Assembly: GCA_973851085.1 (NCBI GenBank)
Contig: OZ316775.1
Location: 17,484,001 to 17,548,000 of the forward strand
Direction of reading: 5' to 3'
Source of the DNA: Ptychomitrium polyphyllum
Lineage: Eukaryota
DNA: 64,000 nt
The notes beneath the pieces were generated by a model. That model was given only the letters and a program-made list of their open reading frames with translations, was not told the origin of the DNA and searched no databases. Position 1 is the stretch's first letter. Every line of letters begins with the position of its first letter. Below, piece after piece: positions 39,933 to 54,427 of the stretch. The position numbers and the translations under genes are program-made.

Positions 39933-41045
39933 AACCTCTGCAACACTGGGTGGGTTCCCAGAATAACTGCCATGCACCCACCGCGCTAGGCCCGATTCTA
40001 TTTCACAGAAGAGACTCAGCAAACCAAATTTTCCTACTTCTCTTTCAACCAACGACGAGGCTACTGGTTGTTTTGGCACCTGAATTGTTTCTTGGGCTGC
40101 GAGATTCAAAGAGGTTGGAGGAAGGCCAAGCTTGGGAACTGAAATTGGGCAAACCCAACCAAAGTTACAGCGTTTCAGCTCCTCATTTTCCAGGTTACGA
40201 AAGCAGCAGACGTGGCGGGATCCTTATGTGGCGGAGGAGGACCCTCTGCTGTAGTCGGAGGGTCCGCCTCTCTTAGCATCAGGTTTTGGTGCCGCTTTGG
40301 ACCTTCCAAACCGAAAGGAATCATACCCGATGATCGGTGCATAGTCGTCGCAGTTTGCAACAACTGGTTTGCATTTTCAGCATCTCAGATTCATGGCAGC
40401 TCTGTTTGCATGTATCACCAAAGCTTCAAACGCATGGTGCAGCATCTCTTTTGGTGAAGGCACGTGACACCAACTATGCTAAGAATATTCGTAGAAATTG
40501 GTCCTTGGATGGAGGAGAAACAGAGTTGATTCGCCAATCTTACAGTGCACTTGACATCTATTGAGAGTATTATGATGGTTCACAACCGACTGATGAAATG
40601 TGCTTCGGATTGTAGGTGCAGTGGGTAGTTGAGTTTGGAATTTTTTGTTTGTCTTTGAATTTGGAAGGTCGGATTAGACCTTCTTGATTGGTATTGCGCA
40701 TAATACTTTTCAGAGTGCATGGAGCATTGGTGTGGAGAGAACGAAGTAGTGGAGACCGTGTTCAAATCTTTTGGGTTTAGGAGGTAGGGGCTATTGTGCA
40801 TTGCACCATCTGTGTGGTTAAGGTTGAAACGAGAATTTTGGGATTGTGCTTGAGCTTCACAGTTTTTTCCTAAAGCAGGTCTGGTGCGATAGAAGAATAG
40901 TGCGCAACTTGCGTTGGTGCTGTGCCAACCTTCTCGAAGCAACGTAATTGTCATCAGTACGAAGTCTCTTGACCTGGAGAGTGGGTGTGGTTATGAATCC
41001 ATGATGCCTCAGTGTGCCTTGAAGTCTTGAAAACCCCGTGAAACT

Positions 41046-44000
41046 ATGGCCGTGGAGCTAGTTGCTGCGGATGAGACCGCAGAGGAGGAGGGGATAATGA
41101 GAGTTGCCCCACGTTCTACAGTCAAGGAGAACGTTGGGGTGGAGACTGCGAGCGCAAGTGGTAAGAGCTTCACGAGTTTCTTTAGCGCGATTCTATGTGT
41201 TGATCGTTGCGTGATTTTTCCAGTTCGTAGAGCGAGAAATGCACACCTGGGCCGTGATTTATTCACTATCTGCTTGGCGCCAAACCAAACGCAGACTTTC
41301 CTCTCGAGTGCACTAATGATCACGATGATTGTAATTCACAAGTCAGCAACGCATAGCTATGACTAAGTCATTTTTTGGGTGAATGTGAGGTTGTGCTCAG
41401 AATGCAAAACATTTAGGGGTGATTTAATTCATGATAATGAGTACCTAAGCCAGAATTGCGCAACTTTTAAGTTTACCTAAATCCATTACATTAATTCAGA
41501 TCTCTCAATGTTGCAGTTTGTCTTAATTGATTAGCGACTCTAGGATTCAGAGTTGTACAGTTTCTTACCTGGAGGGTATGCATTTCATTGCTTCAGAGAT
41601 GATATACGAGAGGAAACGAAAATATCCAGCTCTTCGAACAGAGAGAGGTTTTGGGAGCAATTTCTTAGCGTTGAGGTCACATGGTGAGAAACAGCATACA
41701 TCAGCATGATCTTGCCCCTTACGCTGCTTTGGATGTCGATTCTGATCTAGAGATTGCCTTTACTTCGTAAGTTGTTCAAAAAGTGGGACAGCAGTTGCAA
41801 CTTAGTTGTGAACCAGTTCGTTTCGTCTTCATTTCTTTTTCTTGCTTACCTACACAATTTTGTTTATGCCTCAGCCATATTCCTGACTTATCACGGTGAA
41901 TGTTTCAAAATTCTGCGGTAGACGGATCGACAGTAACCTAATATTGTGTTATTAAAAGTAGTAACTCCATTGTTCTTACAAAACTGTAGAGGTTGGCAAG
42001 CACAGAGCTTACGTATAAACGGGATCTATAACCCCAACTCTCGTCGTTCATTTTTCGACTTTCAACTATGTCGACTTTGTATCCTGAGTTTTCCTTCTAA
42101 TCTGTTGTTGATTGTTTGATCATGTAAAGGCCGAACTGAGCTCAGGCCAGGGCTTTATCAACTTCTGGTTTCGGAGGAGGTTGTAGATGCACACCAGTCT
42201 GTTCGACTTTCGCCGTGTGGACTTACAGATGCTACTGTTCCTTCTTACCAATCCGAGGTCCGTAAAGATGCAGAGGATTATGTAATGGTGTGTACTATTG
42301 TTTTTTTTCGTACCACTCTTTTTCTTTACGGGTGTAGATCGTTATTATTTTGTCATCACCATGGCCTTGTCAAACATGGCTATCTTCAGACCTACATTTC
42401 ACCATGTTCCCTTAGTCCTCTTCTGGAATCCATTTACAACAGGAATGGCAGATTTTATTGTTATGTCTTCAGGTCATCTTTGAGGGTGAAAATTAATTTT
42501 ATCTCGAAGAGCTCTCTCCTCTGCTTCTGTGGATCCTCTATTGTGAATAGAATTTAGCTAATTTTCACATCCTTATGCATCCATCTTTGAGTTATTACGG
42601 TTATGAACTTAATCTTTGAAATGTCTACCGTTTATGGAGATGAGAGACTGCATTCTCAAATACGTGATCTGTTGTTAAAAAGAAGCAGACGTATTAGTGT
42701 GCTGAGTTTCCTCATTCTCCAATATTATCTTGGAAAATAGGTTTCAGCAGACATATCACCCGGACGGTATGCTAGGCCAGGAAACGAGGTTTGGCATTTT
42801 TCTCAATTGCCAGACATCAATGAGGTTTCGCAGCGATTTGCAGAGTCAGCATCAAATTTAGGACGACGTCTTGCCAATTTAGTGGGTATATTTCCTTAAG
42901 AGTCAAGCTCTCTCTCTCTCTCTAGAGCTATTCTCTTTGTGAGTATCACAGTTGTAAAGTTTTGCAATCCCGTAGGCTACAATCAACTTCATATGTCGAA
43001 AAAAACTCCCTTTTCTGCGGTCTCTGACATAAGGTCTGCCTGCTTTGTATAGAGGAAAACGTGACCCGTGATATACGACGGAATCTTTTGGAACAAATTG
43101 CTGGCATTTCTGTGGATGGCGATTCTAATATGCGCGTTTCAGAGCATGAGAGGATACGCGTTAGTCTGGCCTCTGCAAGCACTGCGTCAGCTTCTTCAAC
43201 TGAAGAAGCTCACATGAGATTATTAGAAAGTGCGTATCTTCTAAGCAACCTATCAGTTGAACGTGCTGCTTCGTTGTTTTCGTCGACTAGTGCCGCTATG
43301 GTGGACATGGGTCAACATTTTTTGAGTTTGCCGCCGACGGTCTGGAACGGGTTAGTTCTTAACTCCATTTAAAATTTCAAGCCACTCCTTTAAACCTCCA
43401 GTGGCTAAGTCTCCAATTAGGTCTCAATGCGCAAAACAATTCCCCTAAGCTGCTCTAACCCTCACTTAAAAGTCAGTAAAGTATTCCACAAATGGGATGC
43501 GGATGCAGGTCTTGTATGCTAGGTCGTGAGCTGGCTTGGCGGCTAAGTTTTACGTGCCTGAGTTTTATCCACGTTTTTATAACCAGGAATCATATATACT
43601 TGAAAGAAAAAAGAGACAGGTAATTTGATTATGAGAAAGTAGATCTCAGTAACCGTAGCAGGCATTTCCAGAAACATAGGTAATGGAATCATTGAGCTGG
43701 GAGAGATATTGCCGGGCGTAGAATGCCGGTTATCGAGAATGCCAAATCGTGGCGTTTGAAGTCGTAATCCACGCTAATTTTTGTTTTGTCTTCATTACGG
43801 TGTTTACATGAGTGACATTGATGGTGGCCAAAGTACTGCAGTGTTGAACGTCTTGGAGCTGAGTAATTAGAGCTGATCTGAAGGGGTAATCAGGCTCACG
43901 TCTTGCTTGTGGTAAAGCCTGAAACACTAGTCTTGTGAGAGCAAACTCAAAGTCAGGAAAGTATGCAGTGCTTCTTTCTGGATGTTAAGGCAATACCAGA

Positions 44001-46085
44001 TTTGTTTCTTAATATCGACCATATTAGTAAGAGGCCGGACGATGCCAATTGCTGTAATTTTTTAAAAGAGAAGACCTCTTGCGTTCTCCAGATTTGTGAC
44101 ACGTGTTCAGACGACATTGCGAGGATCCTCTGAGGATATAGGGTGGCTTGTCAAATCTCCTAAGTATCCTGCTGCTGAGGACGGTACCGAAGATTTTTTG
44201 AGGGCGTTAGAACAGATTGGGTGAATATCAGCTCTCACCTGCTCAATGGTCTCAGTATTTACAATGAGTATTATGCCGTGAGTAGAATTCACAGCAAATT
44301 GCTCATTTCTGAGTTTCTTTTAAATAACGCTCATTCACTTTCACAAAAATGTGTAGTATGCTGCTAGTTATTGGTACTTAATTTCTGCTTGTATTTTTGG
44401 TGTTCCTGTCAATGTATTCGTGGTTCTTCTGCTATGTACGAATTATTGTGAGCTGTTGCTTGCAACTCTTGTTGTAGCTGATCATAACGCTTTTTTTAAA
44501 ATATAGACATATCAAAAAGCTTTGAATATCGTAGTTCTTAGGTCTGTATGTTGTGGCTTGTGGCAGGCGTGGCATTCATATTCTTCCTGATACCTTGACC
44601 TACCTTCTTGTTCCAGGTGTGATTTTTATTCGAACCTGTTTGGAATTTCTTTAAGAGATTACAAGCTTACAGTAGTAAAAGTTCTAGAAGCTTATTATTA
44701 TGAGTTCTGCAGGTCTCTTCAGTAATCATGGCCCGTTGTACTTTTTTGAGACAAAGAAGCATTTCGCCAAGCTGGGCTTGCCATGCTACGTTGCAAAAAT
44801 CCACAGTGAGGTAAATTGATTGTTGCCTTGCTCTTTCCTTGTCCCTAAGCCCCCATTGACGTCATATTTTTTTGAGTTGTTCTAAGAAAGACCCAGGAAT
44901 GATGAATTGTCTCCGTCTAGTCATGACTCACGTATTAACTGAAGCGAAATGAATGTAGTCAGGAGTAGAAAATAATGCCCGAGAGATCAAAAATCACATT
45001 GAGGAGCTGAACAAATCTACAGGCAGGAAGGTGGTCTTGTTGGGGCATTCAAAAGGAGGCGTCGATGCAGCTGCTGCTTGTTCAATGTTTTGGCCCCAGT
45101 TAAAAGACAAGGTCGTGGGTGTCATACTAGTGCAAAGTCCTTACGGTGGTAGCCCAATTGCATCAGACATCTTGCGTGAAGGCCAGATTGCGGATGCTGA
45201 GACCCGCCGTATAATGGAAATTTTGATATGTAGGATATTCAAGGTGAAATTTTAGCTTGATCCTAATCTTTCATGGTCTGGAAGTAGGCAATATTGGAAT
45301 GTATCTTGCTGCAATCTTTGAAATACTGTTGTTTTTCTTCTATCTTGAAGCGGGAAATCACATCCAATGTTTTCCTGCAGGGTGACATACTATCACTCGA
45401 AGATCTAACCTACGAGAAACGGAAGGATTTCCTCGCTAAATATGCCTTACCAGCAGATGTTCCTGTGATCTGCTTCCATACAGAGGCAAGCCGGACACCT
45501 CGAGCTGTTTCTGTCATGTCCCATATAGCTCATGCGCAGCTTCCATGGCTGCCCGGAATAGCCAGGGGCTGCCCCGACGAAAACTCAGATAACAATGCAG
45601 GAGGGGGAAAGCTCCACATTGCCGTGCCTCTAGCGGCAGCTATGGCTATATGTGCTCTACACCTTGAATTAAGGTACAAGGAGAAAAGTGATGGTCTAGT
45701 AACACGGAAAGATGCCGAAGTGCCCGGATCAATTGTTGTTAAACCTGAAAAGAAATTGGACCATGCATGGATGGTATATTCACCTTCCAGACGAGAACCC
45801 AATGAACCCGATGCTGCCCAAATGTGTGAGGCTCTTATTTCCTTACTCTTACATCATCCTAGGTGGAGAGGGGATGTTCCGGCTAGTCCTGAGGCGCAAG
45901 CTGCTATTCAGGAGGCAGATGAAGCCAGTGCAAGCTGCGCTACAACGATCCAAAATCAAGATCCAAATGACTTTCTAACTACTGATACTGCCAGAAGCTT
46001 CCTTGCAGACACGGAGGAGGGGTGTCACGAGGGGCTCGAAGAAAGTGGTAGAGCAGCGTACAGAAATTCAGGACCAGATTGCTAA
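41046..46085 (+). CDS. Alpha/beta-hydrolase (lipase/PGAP1-like), ~650 aa, 9 exons
   Basis: Exons 41046-41160, 42130-42257, 42741-42885, 43053-43350, 44092-44220, 44567-44616, 44713-44810, 44959-45243, 45381-46085; GT-AG, phases consistent, 1953 nt. Motifs LLVPGLFSNHGPLYF, GHSKGG nucleophile elbow, QSPYGGSP, SDGLV, LDHAW. The first three exons are less certain. Confidence 0.88.
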
Positions 46086-46761
46086 TTCTCTTAGCACACT
46101 AGAGAGACGTGAAGAGGATATGTATTTGAAAACACAGGATAGTGATGTACATACACCTACCGCTGGTCCTGCAAGAACCTACTTTTGTGAAGTGGTCCAT
46201 GAAGATACGAGTAGGAACGAAGGTGTAGAACGTCCACAATTGCACTTGAAACTCACAAGTGAAGCAGAATAAGTTACAGGGCAAAAGAGGATCCCAACTT
46301 CTGCGTAGGCAGTCATCCAGAGGAGTTGGCTCAAATACTTATGAATATTTTGACGTGTCCGGTCTCTATTAGGTATTTCTGTTTAAGGCATCACACAACC
46401 TGCTTGTAAGTACTACTCAGGTTGATATTCAACTAAACGAAGCCCCAATTTTTGGAAATCTTGTAAGTAGGCTTCAAATAACATCGTCTTCCTCCTTTCC
46501 CCCTTCAAACCTCTTGCATGTGATTGACTAAATAATATTAAAATCAGTATTTTTGAAATTCTAAGAAGTGTTTTAGAACAATGGAGTGGATCCTGCCGTA
46601 ACCTAGGCTTCAAACTTCGAAGTATTCACGTTGCTGAACAGCACATTCCTGCAGCTAGTATCTCATCGACTATTTTCTGTAAATCCTTCTCCAAGATGTT
46701 GTACATGTGATGTTATGAAAATCCATACTGATTGATAAGGTGTTTTCAAGCCACCATCCGG

Positions 46762-47220
46762 TCACTGCGATGAAGTGCCAGCCAACGATTGGGGCATGAC
46801 AGAGACATGATATCGTCCAGGAGGAGCACCTTGCAAGGCGAGCAAAGCAGGAAACTCTGTCACTCCCGCCTTGCTTGCCTGCAGCCAATTGGTCACTAAC
46901 GGCACCGAAGGCCGCTTACTCGGATGGGGAAGGCAGCACAGCAATCCCAGCTGAAAAACAGTGGCCACCATCGCCAGTTTCTGTTCCAATCCATCATTGT
47001 CGTCGCCCGAATTCTTCTGACTCACGCTCATATCTGGTTGATCCAGAACCTTGAATTCACAATTCTGGAGATGTCCCCTGCTTCATGGTCAAGCCACTCT
47101 GTCCAGCAGCAGAAAATCTCCTGAATCATCCCCATCTTACAACCTCATAAACGGCCAAACCATATCACGCAGTACATCCAGCTCCTGCAACGCTTGCCAT
47201 TCTTCGATCACAATAACCAT
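46762..47220 (-). pseudogene. Receptor-like kinase C-terminal remnant
   Basis: QLGLLCCLPHPSKRPSV is a kinase subdomain XI signature of plant RLKs; the same frame has stops upstream and no intact catalytic loop was found. Confidence 0.6.
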
Positions 47221-49502
47221 TGAACACTCTTGCAAAGTAGATTAAGGGTTTTGAAATTAAGATTTAAAAGGTTTCAACTGACTATAGGAAAGAAGCGAAA
47301 CCTTTACCAATTATGTATGATTGTCTGAAAACAGGTGTTCCTGTTGGAACTGAAAGCACATGCTAGCACAGAAGCGCATTGATCTATCGCTTAAAACCTG
47401 CGAAGTGGTTTAAGTTCTTCCCATCAACCTCGTAGCAGATGCAACAAACAATAACCATCGTCACCATTTAAAGGCCCAGAATAAGACTAATGAATTCACG
47501 GAAAAAGAATAATGCTGAATCTGAGCTACCGTACAGCAGAATTTCCTTGCGGGAGTGGAAGCCTGTCAACTAGAAAAACAGTTCACACCGAACTCTTGTG
47601 TCCCATAAATCTGTCCACCAGCCAGCAATAGAACGACCACTAGACCAAAACGGGCAATTTTCAATTGCAAAACGGATACGCATTCGTGTCGATTGATCAC
47701 TGTCCCACGCGCGTCGAACGCTCTGACGCAACAGTGGATCATAGTACGACAGACCCTGTCGTCCTATGCACAATTCCTGGAAATTCACGAGGTGGGCTAA
47801 GGCAGCTCACCATGTTGTGTCACTGTGCTCTAGTTTTGATTTGTAATTCTTTTGCAGTAGTTTAATTTCTGTAAATTTTCCATGAGTAACCAGTTTCTTC
47901 GGAAGACTTGGGATATACTTTGAAGTCCCACGAGAGGTCCCTTCAAAGATGTCCAAGGTGCGACGTCGAAAATGTCGATCTCGAGGGTGCGAGGTCGAAG
48001 GTGTCGACCACAAAGATGGAGCTTCAGAAAGAAATAGGAAAACAACAAGCAAGGACAAGGATGGCTCTCACACAGCTTATGCAAGCTCCAGATCTTCAGT
48101 TCTCCTCAAACTTGAAGATCATACCCACAGTTCACTGACGAGACACAAATCCATGGACAAACCCACCCCACCCATCTGAAAGAGAGAACTGTAGAAGTAA
48201 TCCTGTTTTTCGCACCACACATCAACTGCGTTGGAATGACAGCGGTTGCCAGCACTACCGATCGAATGTGAGCATTTGAGGATATGATGCTGCAAAGAAC
48301 GCCGCATCATGATCTCTTCGTATTGAGGTACTATGTGAGATATTGTCGTGTTCCAGCAACTTAGTTGGACAATCGAGAGCAAACCAAATGGACTATTGTG
48401 AATGGATAAGCTAGCGCAAAGTGCAAAGGTTGGGCTTGCATCAGAAACTCTTAGTGGTGGCAGCCAAAGACCATGCACCTGCGGGTGGATTTGGGGCTTT
48501 CTTCCTGCTCAATCGTTCCACCCCCGGGTCAAGCACGTCACCATTCTGGCAGCCCAATCTTCCTCCTTGCATCCTCATATGCTAGTTAAGAGATCCAAGC
48601 ATTATGCTGCTCAGTCATTCGTAGAGTACTGAGCAGTGGCAGCTCGAAACCGGGCCGCATACGTGTTTCAAACCAACATTGTTCTTCCATTGTGATTTCT
48701 TTTTTCAGTGATGAAGCCTTAAAGGTAGGCGTTGTGATGTTATTCTTCAGCTTCAATGACAACGATTCAAGAATCCATGAGATCCTAAACTCATTTTTAT
48801 CTGTATCCCATGGGCCTAGACCAATATGATTCCTAATAATGGACAGATTTTGGTGGCTTGAGGTCACGTCACACTGGTAAGTGCACAGGTTCATTACAAG
48901 GTTGTCATATATGACAAGTTGGAAAAAAATTAGAGGACTTGTTGTGTGACAATTGTGATGATCATGACAGATGTGACAAAAGATATGACAGGCTAATCTG
49001 ATTGTTTTTACTACAATTTGATCATAGTTTTTACTTTTATTTGGCCATCCTAAAATACATCTATATAGATTTTTTGTAAATTTGAAGTGGATGGTAGAGC
49101 AAAATTAAAAAATATAGATGACAAAATGGAAAAAAGAAAAAAGACTTGCTTATAACTAAAAATCCACATAGATTTCTTAACTACAGATCTAGTGACCTTA
49201 GATCTCTTTGAAGCAACTTCTGCTAAAAAATTTGCAATTGCAGATAAACAAATTGCAATTGCAAATAAATGGTTCACAATTACGAATAATGGGTTTGCAA
49301 CTACAAATAGCGAGTGACGGATTTGTGATTGCAAAATATAAATGATATAACTTTAAATAACAGGTTGGCAATCACAAAATTGGAATAAAGAATTGATAAT
49401 TGCGGGTAGGCAATCAGATTTAGGAACTAGCCATTGATGACCACAAAAGGTTATTCTAATTAGGGAAGCTCAATGACAATTGTAAGTACCAAGGGCATTT
49501 GT

Positions 49503-49860
49503 TGTTACAAACAAAATAACAAGAGGACAAGGCTTCAGGATTTTAGGATATGAAACAAAATATGTTCAAGGTATGTTAGAAATAAAGAGCTATAATAAGA
49601 TACAAAGACAAGGCCGATAGATCTAAGCTAGACAAGAAGAAATATGTTGTTAAAACTAAAGATTCTTTTAGCCTCAATTTCTATTTAAATTAAAACTACA
49701 AGACTTTGAAGCTTCTTAAAAAAATTTAGTATATTGCTTTATACTCAACCAACCTCAAGTTGCTTCTTTGAAAGCTTCCTAAACCAAGGTAACTACTTTA
49801 GAAGCTTTTTAAGCCAAGATAACTTCTTTGGAAACTTTCTAAACTACAATAATTTTCTAA
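49503..49860 (-). mobile_element. Truncated LTR, family of 59586-60004
   Basis: Colinear similarity (gttgttaca..acaaggcc..ttgctttatactcaa..ccaaggtaact). Confidence 0.65.
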
Positions 49861-51104
49861 ACGCCATATTCATAATAATGGAAGATTCAGGAATTCCAAA
49901 ATAACTTTGAAAGTAAGGAAATTTAGAAGAAACTATTTTTTCATTCATTGTAGAAATTGATTAGTCAAGTTAAATGACATGTATCTTAACAGCTTTCAAG
50001 TTTACAAATATGAACTTGCCTATTCTCCAAGAATTTTTAATTTATATTTACAATTATAGTTGACTTCATGTACTAATATCCATTAAAATGCTTGCATCAT
50101 TTAATATAAGTTGTGATCTAGATTGGTGATAGAAGTATAATAATATTGATTTGAGCTAACATGAAGTCAAAATGTTTAGAAAAAAAAGTTCTTGATTCTA
50201 AATGGATAATAAATATGATATTAAAAATAACACACCAAAAAGTACTCCATATGGGACTCTATATCTAATCATAAAGAGAACACTACTTCTTTGAAGTCCA
50301 TATTGGTATATGTTGCATCAAGATTAAAAACCATTACCTTGTATTTTACGAGCTACATAATTCTAAAATGAATAAAATAAAGCAATATCAATAATTGGAG
50401 ACAAAGCTTGCTAAAATTTTATGGATAATCTATAATTGTACTTTGAAAATATTTATTGTATATTCTTTTTATTCTTTCTCATTTTTGGACTTCCATGCCA
50501 TAATGATAGAATTTGTGTGTAATCACTTTTCAAGTTGATTCTCTTCTACTATCCACTTCAATCTGCTTGTTGAACTTTATCCTGCATAGTAGGTTTAAAC
50601 TTCCCTTGCCCATGACGTTGGACAAAAATATTGGATCTTCACACAATTTGGCATCTTTCAATTGTTATTGGAGTCTAATGTAACACAAGCAATCCAGATT
50701 AGATGCAAATCCCTGTCTTTAAGACAGATGGCTACAAGATAATCCACATACAAGTCTCTTGAGACTCTAAAAGATGGTTGCGGGCAATTGTACGCTTGTT
50801 TGACAAAATGGTCATCTTTAGCATATTCCTCAAAAATATTATTATCCATGGTGAATTGATCTTCAAAGCTTGGTGCAAATCAAGTCATAGGCCAAAATCC
50901 ATTTTAAAGAGTTTCAAGCATCCCGAGTAGGTACACTAAAGCAGTATAAATATCATGCCAATAATAGATAAGATGCTCCTAATACTATCTGTACTTTTCC
51001 GGAAAGTCTTTCTTTATCATATTCTCCCAGTACATCAGGAAACCTGCAATTTCTTTCATGATCTTATCAAGCTTTTTCATTTGCTGAGGGATTATTGCCA
51101 ATAA

Positions 51105-52249
51105 TGTTGCAACCTTTGTAATACACCTTAGCAAGCGTTACATGCGTCAATCTTGTATACCTCCACATGCACATGGTTAACCTCCATTTTCACTTTCCAA
51201 GTCTTTCTACCATTTTTCTTAGGACACCCAATTTATTAGTAGCCAATGGTTAGGTGCGGACTTCCATTCACGTCCAAGGCCTCCTTGGTGTTACTCCCAT
51301 TCCACACGGCCTAACCGCACTTAGTGGTGTCTCCTCACCACCACTCATGATCCCCATGCGATCCTAAAATCACCCCGGGCCATCATGGTGCTGGCGTGAA
51401 GACACTACCCCAATTTAGTGGTAACAAGCGTACCCTTTTGAACGTGCTAGTTCCCTTCATAAAACCGGCCGTCCACCGGCTCACAATGGTGTGGGAGTCC
51501 CCGTGGTGAAGCCCCAACACTAGCTCCACCAACCGGGACTCACCCTTGGTCTCTACCGGGACACTAGGGGAGTGGGGAGGGAGACCAGTCCTCCCTTATA
51601 GTACTCTCTGTGGGATTTGGCAGGCCCCCTGGCCCTCTGTAGCTGGCTGAACCCCGACACACCTAGAATTTTGGAAGACCACCCTATCTCCCTTGGGACT
51701 TAGCCGCTGGAAGCCTTCGGGACTCCAAGCGGACCTTCAGGGAGCCATATCTTCTTTATCCGGTGCCCAAATGTATCAAACAACCACACTTTCGTCATCT
51801 ACTCTTTGCGTAGATGCCGATAGACTCCTCAAACGTCCAATTTGAGTTAGTATTGTGGGAGATACGCCTCTCCCAAGGTTCGGGACTCCCGGGGAGTCCC
51901 TCCCTGGATTGTCCCACTCCAGTACAGTCACAGTGTGGGGCTGCCACACTCCAGAACAGCCCCTTGGCAACCCCAACTTTGGGATGCCATAACTTTTAGC
52001 TCCTATGTCCGATTTGGACAATCTTTAGCATTCTAGAATCAACTCTTCGTGATTCTTCCAATGCCAGCCATCTATCCCTTGTGGCCCTTGGTCTACATGG
52101 GCAAGGATGTTCCGCCCCCTTAAGGGTCCTTCCCACGCTAGGCCCACTTGGTTTCCCTCACTATCGGCGCCACAAGTCCTGGACGTTACTCTGGGGTCCC
52201 CCTTGTGCCTTTAGTGTTGAGGGCACTCCTCAAGGAGAGGTGCGCGACA
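51105..52249. mobile_element. Solo LTR, GC-rich, 1145 bp
   Basis: TGTTGC...GCGACA ends; perfect TSD AATAA (51100-51104, 52250-52254). Confidence 0.92.
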
Positions 52250-52649
52250 AATAAATTACCTTAAAGACAAATGGATCTTTTTCCAGTATCTTCTTTCTAC
52301 AACTTCATTCCACCCGCTTTACGAGGCCGCCAATTGCTATCTATGCAATATATCTTGTATTGCTTTTGGAGAATGCTAGTAGAGTCAACGTAGAATTTAA
52401 ATTGATGTGCCTTTGTATGACCCTCTAAGGCTTCATAACTTGATGCAATGTAATCGGTAATGAATCCTTTAAAATCAAGCATTTTTTCAATGAGGTGGAG
52501 AATAATTGAAAATAACTCAATAACCATGAAGGAATTCATCAAAAGCGGGATGGTGGAATAGTTATTTTTCTTTAGCTGCATATTCCACCTCTCAAATAAT
52601 GCAATGATGTTGTCATAGGTGTGACAAACCAATACAAAACTAATATATC

Positions 52650-53324
52650 TGTTACGGACATAAATCATGCAACATAGTCCTTAGAACATTCTAGAACCTT
52701 CTAATATACTATAATAGCTTCTTAGAATACTTTTAGATGTCTCCATTGCAATTCCATATTCTTAGGAAGCTTCCTAGGAAAGTTCCTCCACCTTGAAAAA
52801 CTTCCTAGGACGATTCTATCATCTTAGGTAACTTCTTGGGAAACTTCCTACGAAGATTCCATCACCTTAGGAAATTTCCTAGGAAGGTTCCATCATTGTA
52901 GGAAAATTCCTAGAAAGGTTCTACCTCTTTAAGAAACTTTCTAAGAAAGTTCCGCTATCTCAGGAAACTTCCAAGGAAGATTTCAATTCCTTGGAAGCTC
53001 CTTAGGAAGGTTCCAACACCTTGGAAGCTTCTTAGGATGGTTCCAACATCTTAGGAAACTTCTTAGGAAGGTTCCCTAAACTTCTAGAACATTCTTAAGC
53101 CTTGTAGGAAGCTTCTTTAGAAGTATCCTAGGAGATACAAATGTCATAATATAAATAGGAGGCAAGACAAGGTATTCCTTAGTCTTGCCAACACAAGTTG
53201 TGGATCATATTGAATCCTGCCTTGTTGTAGTCTTTGTATCAAGTTCTTGTTAATCATTAGCTCTTTGGAAGCTAATTCTTAGAAAATACTTTGGTTCTAC
53301 TTCTTGTTTCTTGTGTTCCTAATA
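52650..53324 (+). mobile_element. Solo LTR, same family as 2608-3252
   Basis: TGTTACGGACA start; perfect TSD ATATC (52645-52649, 53325-53329); palindromic repeat array. Confidence 0.9.
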
Positions 53325-54427
53325 ATATCCCCTTTGCTACAAAAAAAGACCAAAAACAAATGACAAAGTAGTTCTTATTGCGTGAAGCAACATTGACAAG
53401 CTGGATAAGTAGAACCAGCAGTAGAGACGTGGCTTCTACTCTAATTTTTGGAGGAAGAAGTAAAGAAGTTTGGCAAACTTTTGCACCTTCCAAAAGAACT
53501 AAATACAATGGAGCTGACTTGGAGTCCTAAAAAAGCTCCTCTGATGTATACGTTGAAGGCTTATCCAAACCTCAAAGTAACTTTGCTAAAGAGCCAACAG
53601 TGTAATTGGAATCCTTTGGATAAATGTTTAGGTCAAAATGGGCATAACAAACATTGCCATGCCCGTGTATAATCATTTTAGTAATTTGAAATAGAAGCTT
53701 CATAAAATTGTCCAAAGACTTGGTTTTATGTGAGAAGCATGGAAATGCGATATTGCTGTGGTTTATTTTGTTGTGGATGATAATCACACATTTTCTTGGA
53801 TACATATAAGATTGGTGCCTATTTGCATAGTAATACTCACAATGGGCCCTTTACGCATTCAAATATTCATTCAATTTTTTAGTCCATAACAACTTGGCAT
53901 GCGATGCTGGAATTCCAAATTTTTCAAGCAACTTGTACCTATTGTAGGAAGTGCACCGCACAAAATTGTTTCAAGGTTGCTTTGCATCATACTCTAGAAA
54001 ACTAATTCTCCATATCTTGCTTAAGTTCAATAAAAAGATTTTTTTGAGGCCATATTTCTAATTCACTTCAAAGAAAGAGTCCACTCATTTCCACAACAAA
54101 AGAAGTGATATAGAGACCACCTTCTCTCCAGACAACAAGGCCTTAGATTCCTGCGGCATGTAATTGGTAGTCTACTATAATATACATTGGAAGGTGGCAA
54201 TCGCTTACAAAGTTTCTTGTCTCAGCTTAATTGTCTCCAAATTATCATGAACGCCATCTCAAACTTTGGCCTTTGCAAGGTCCGCATACCTATAGAATGT
54301 GATCTTTGAGACTCCAATGATATGCCTCTATACAGTCAAGCAAAGATTCAGACCTTATAAAGCAACTACAAAGTTGCCATTTCCATCAATATAGATTTAC
54401 TTATGCACATCCAACTTTATATGCTAG

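Larger units (their letters stand above)
50520..54420 (-). pseudogene. Sola-like (DUF7869-type) DNA transposase relic split by two solo LTRs
   Basis: Ordered decayed motifs NFVRCTS, IIHNKINHSNIAFPCFSHKTK, HGHG..YPKDSN, LIQLVNVASRNKNYFVICFWS, SFVLVCHTYDNI, EGHTKAHQFKF, consistent with the QLDN...NKN and GHTH.D.D motifs of this family. Boundaries approximate; TIRs not found. Confidence 0.65.

Noticed and set aside
39300..40460. Cluster of 60-140 aa ORFs on both strands
   Set aside because: No recognisable domain and no consistent exon chain; may be the decayed 5' part of the Tudor gene.
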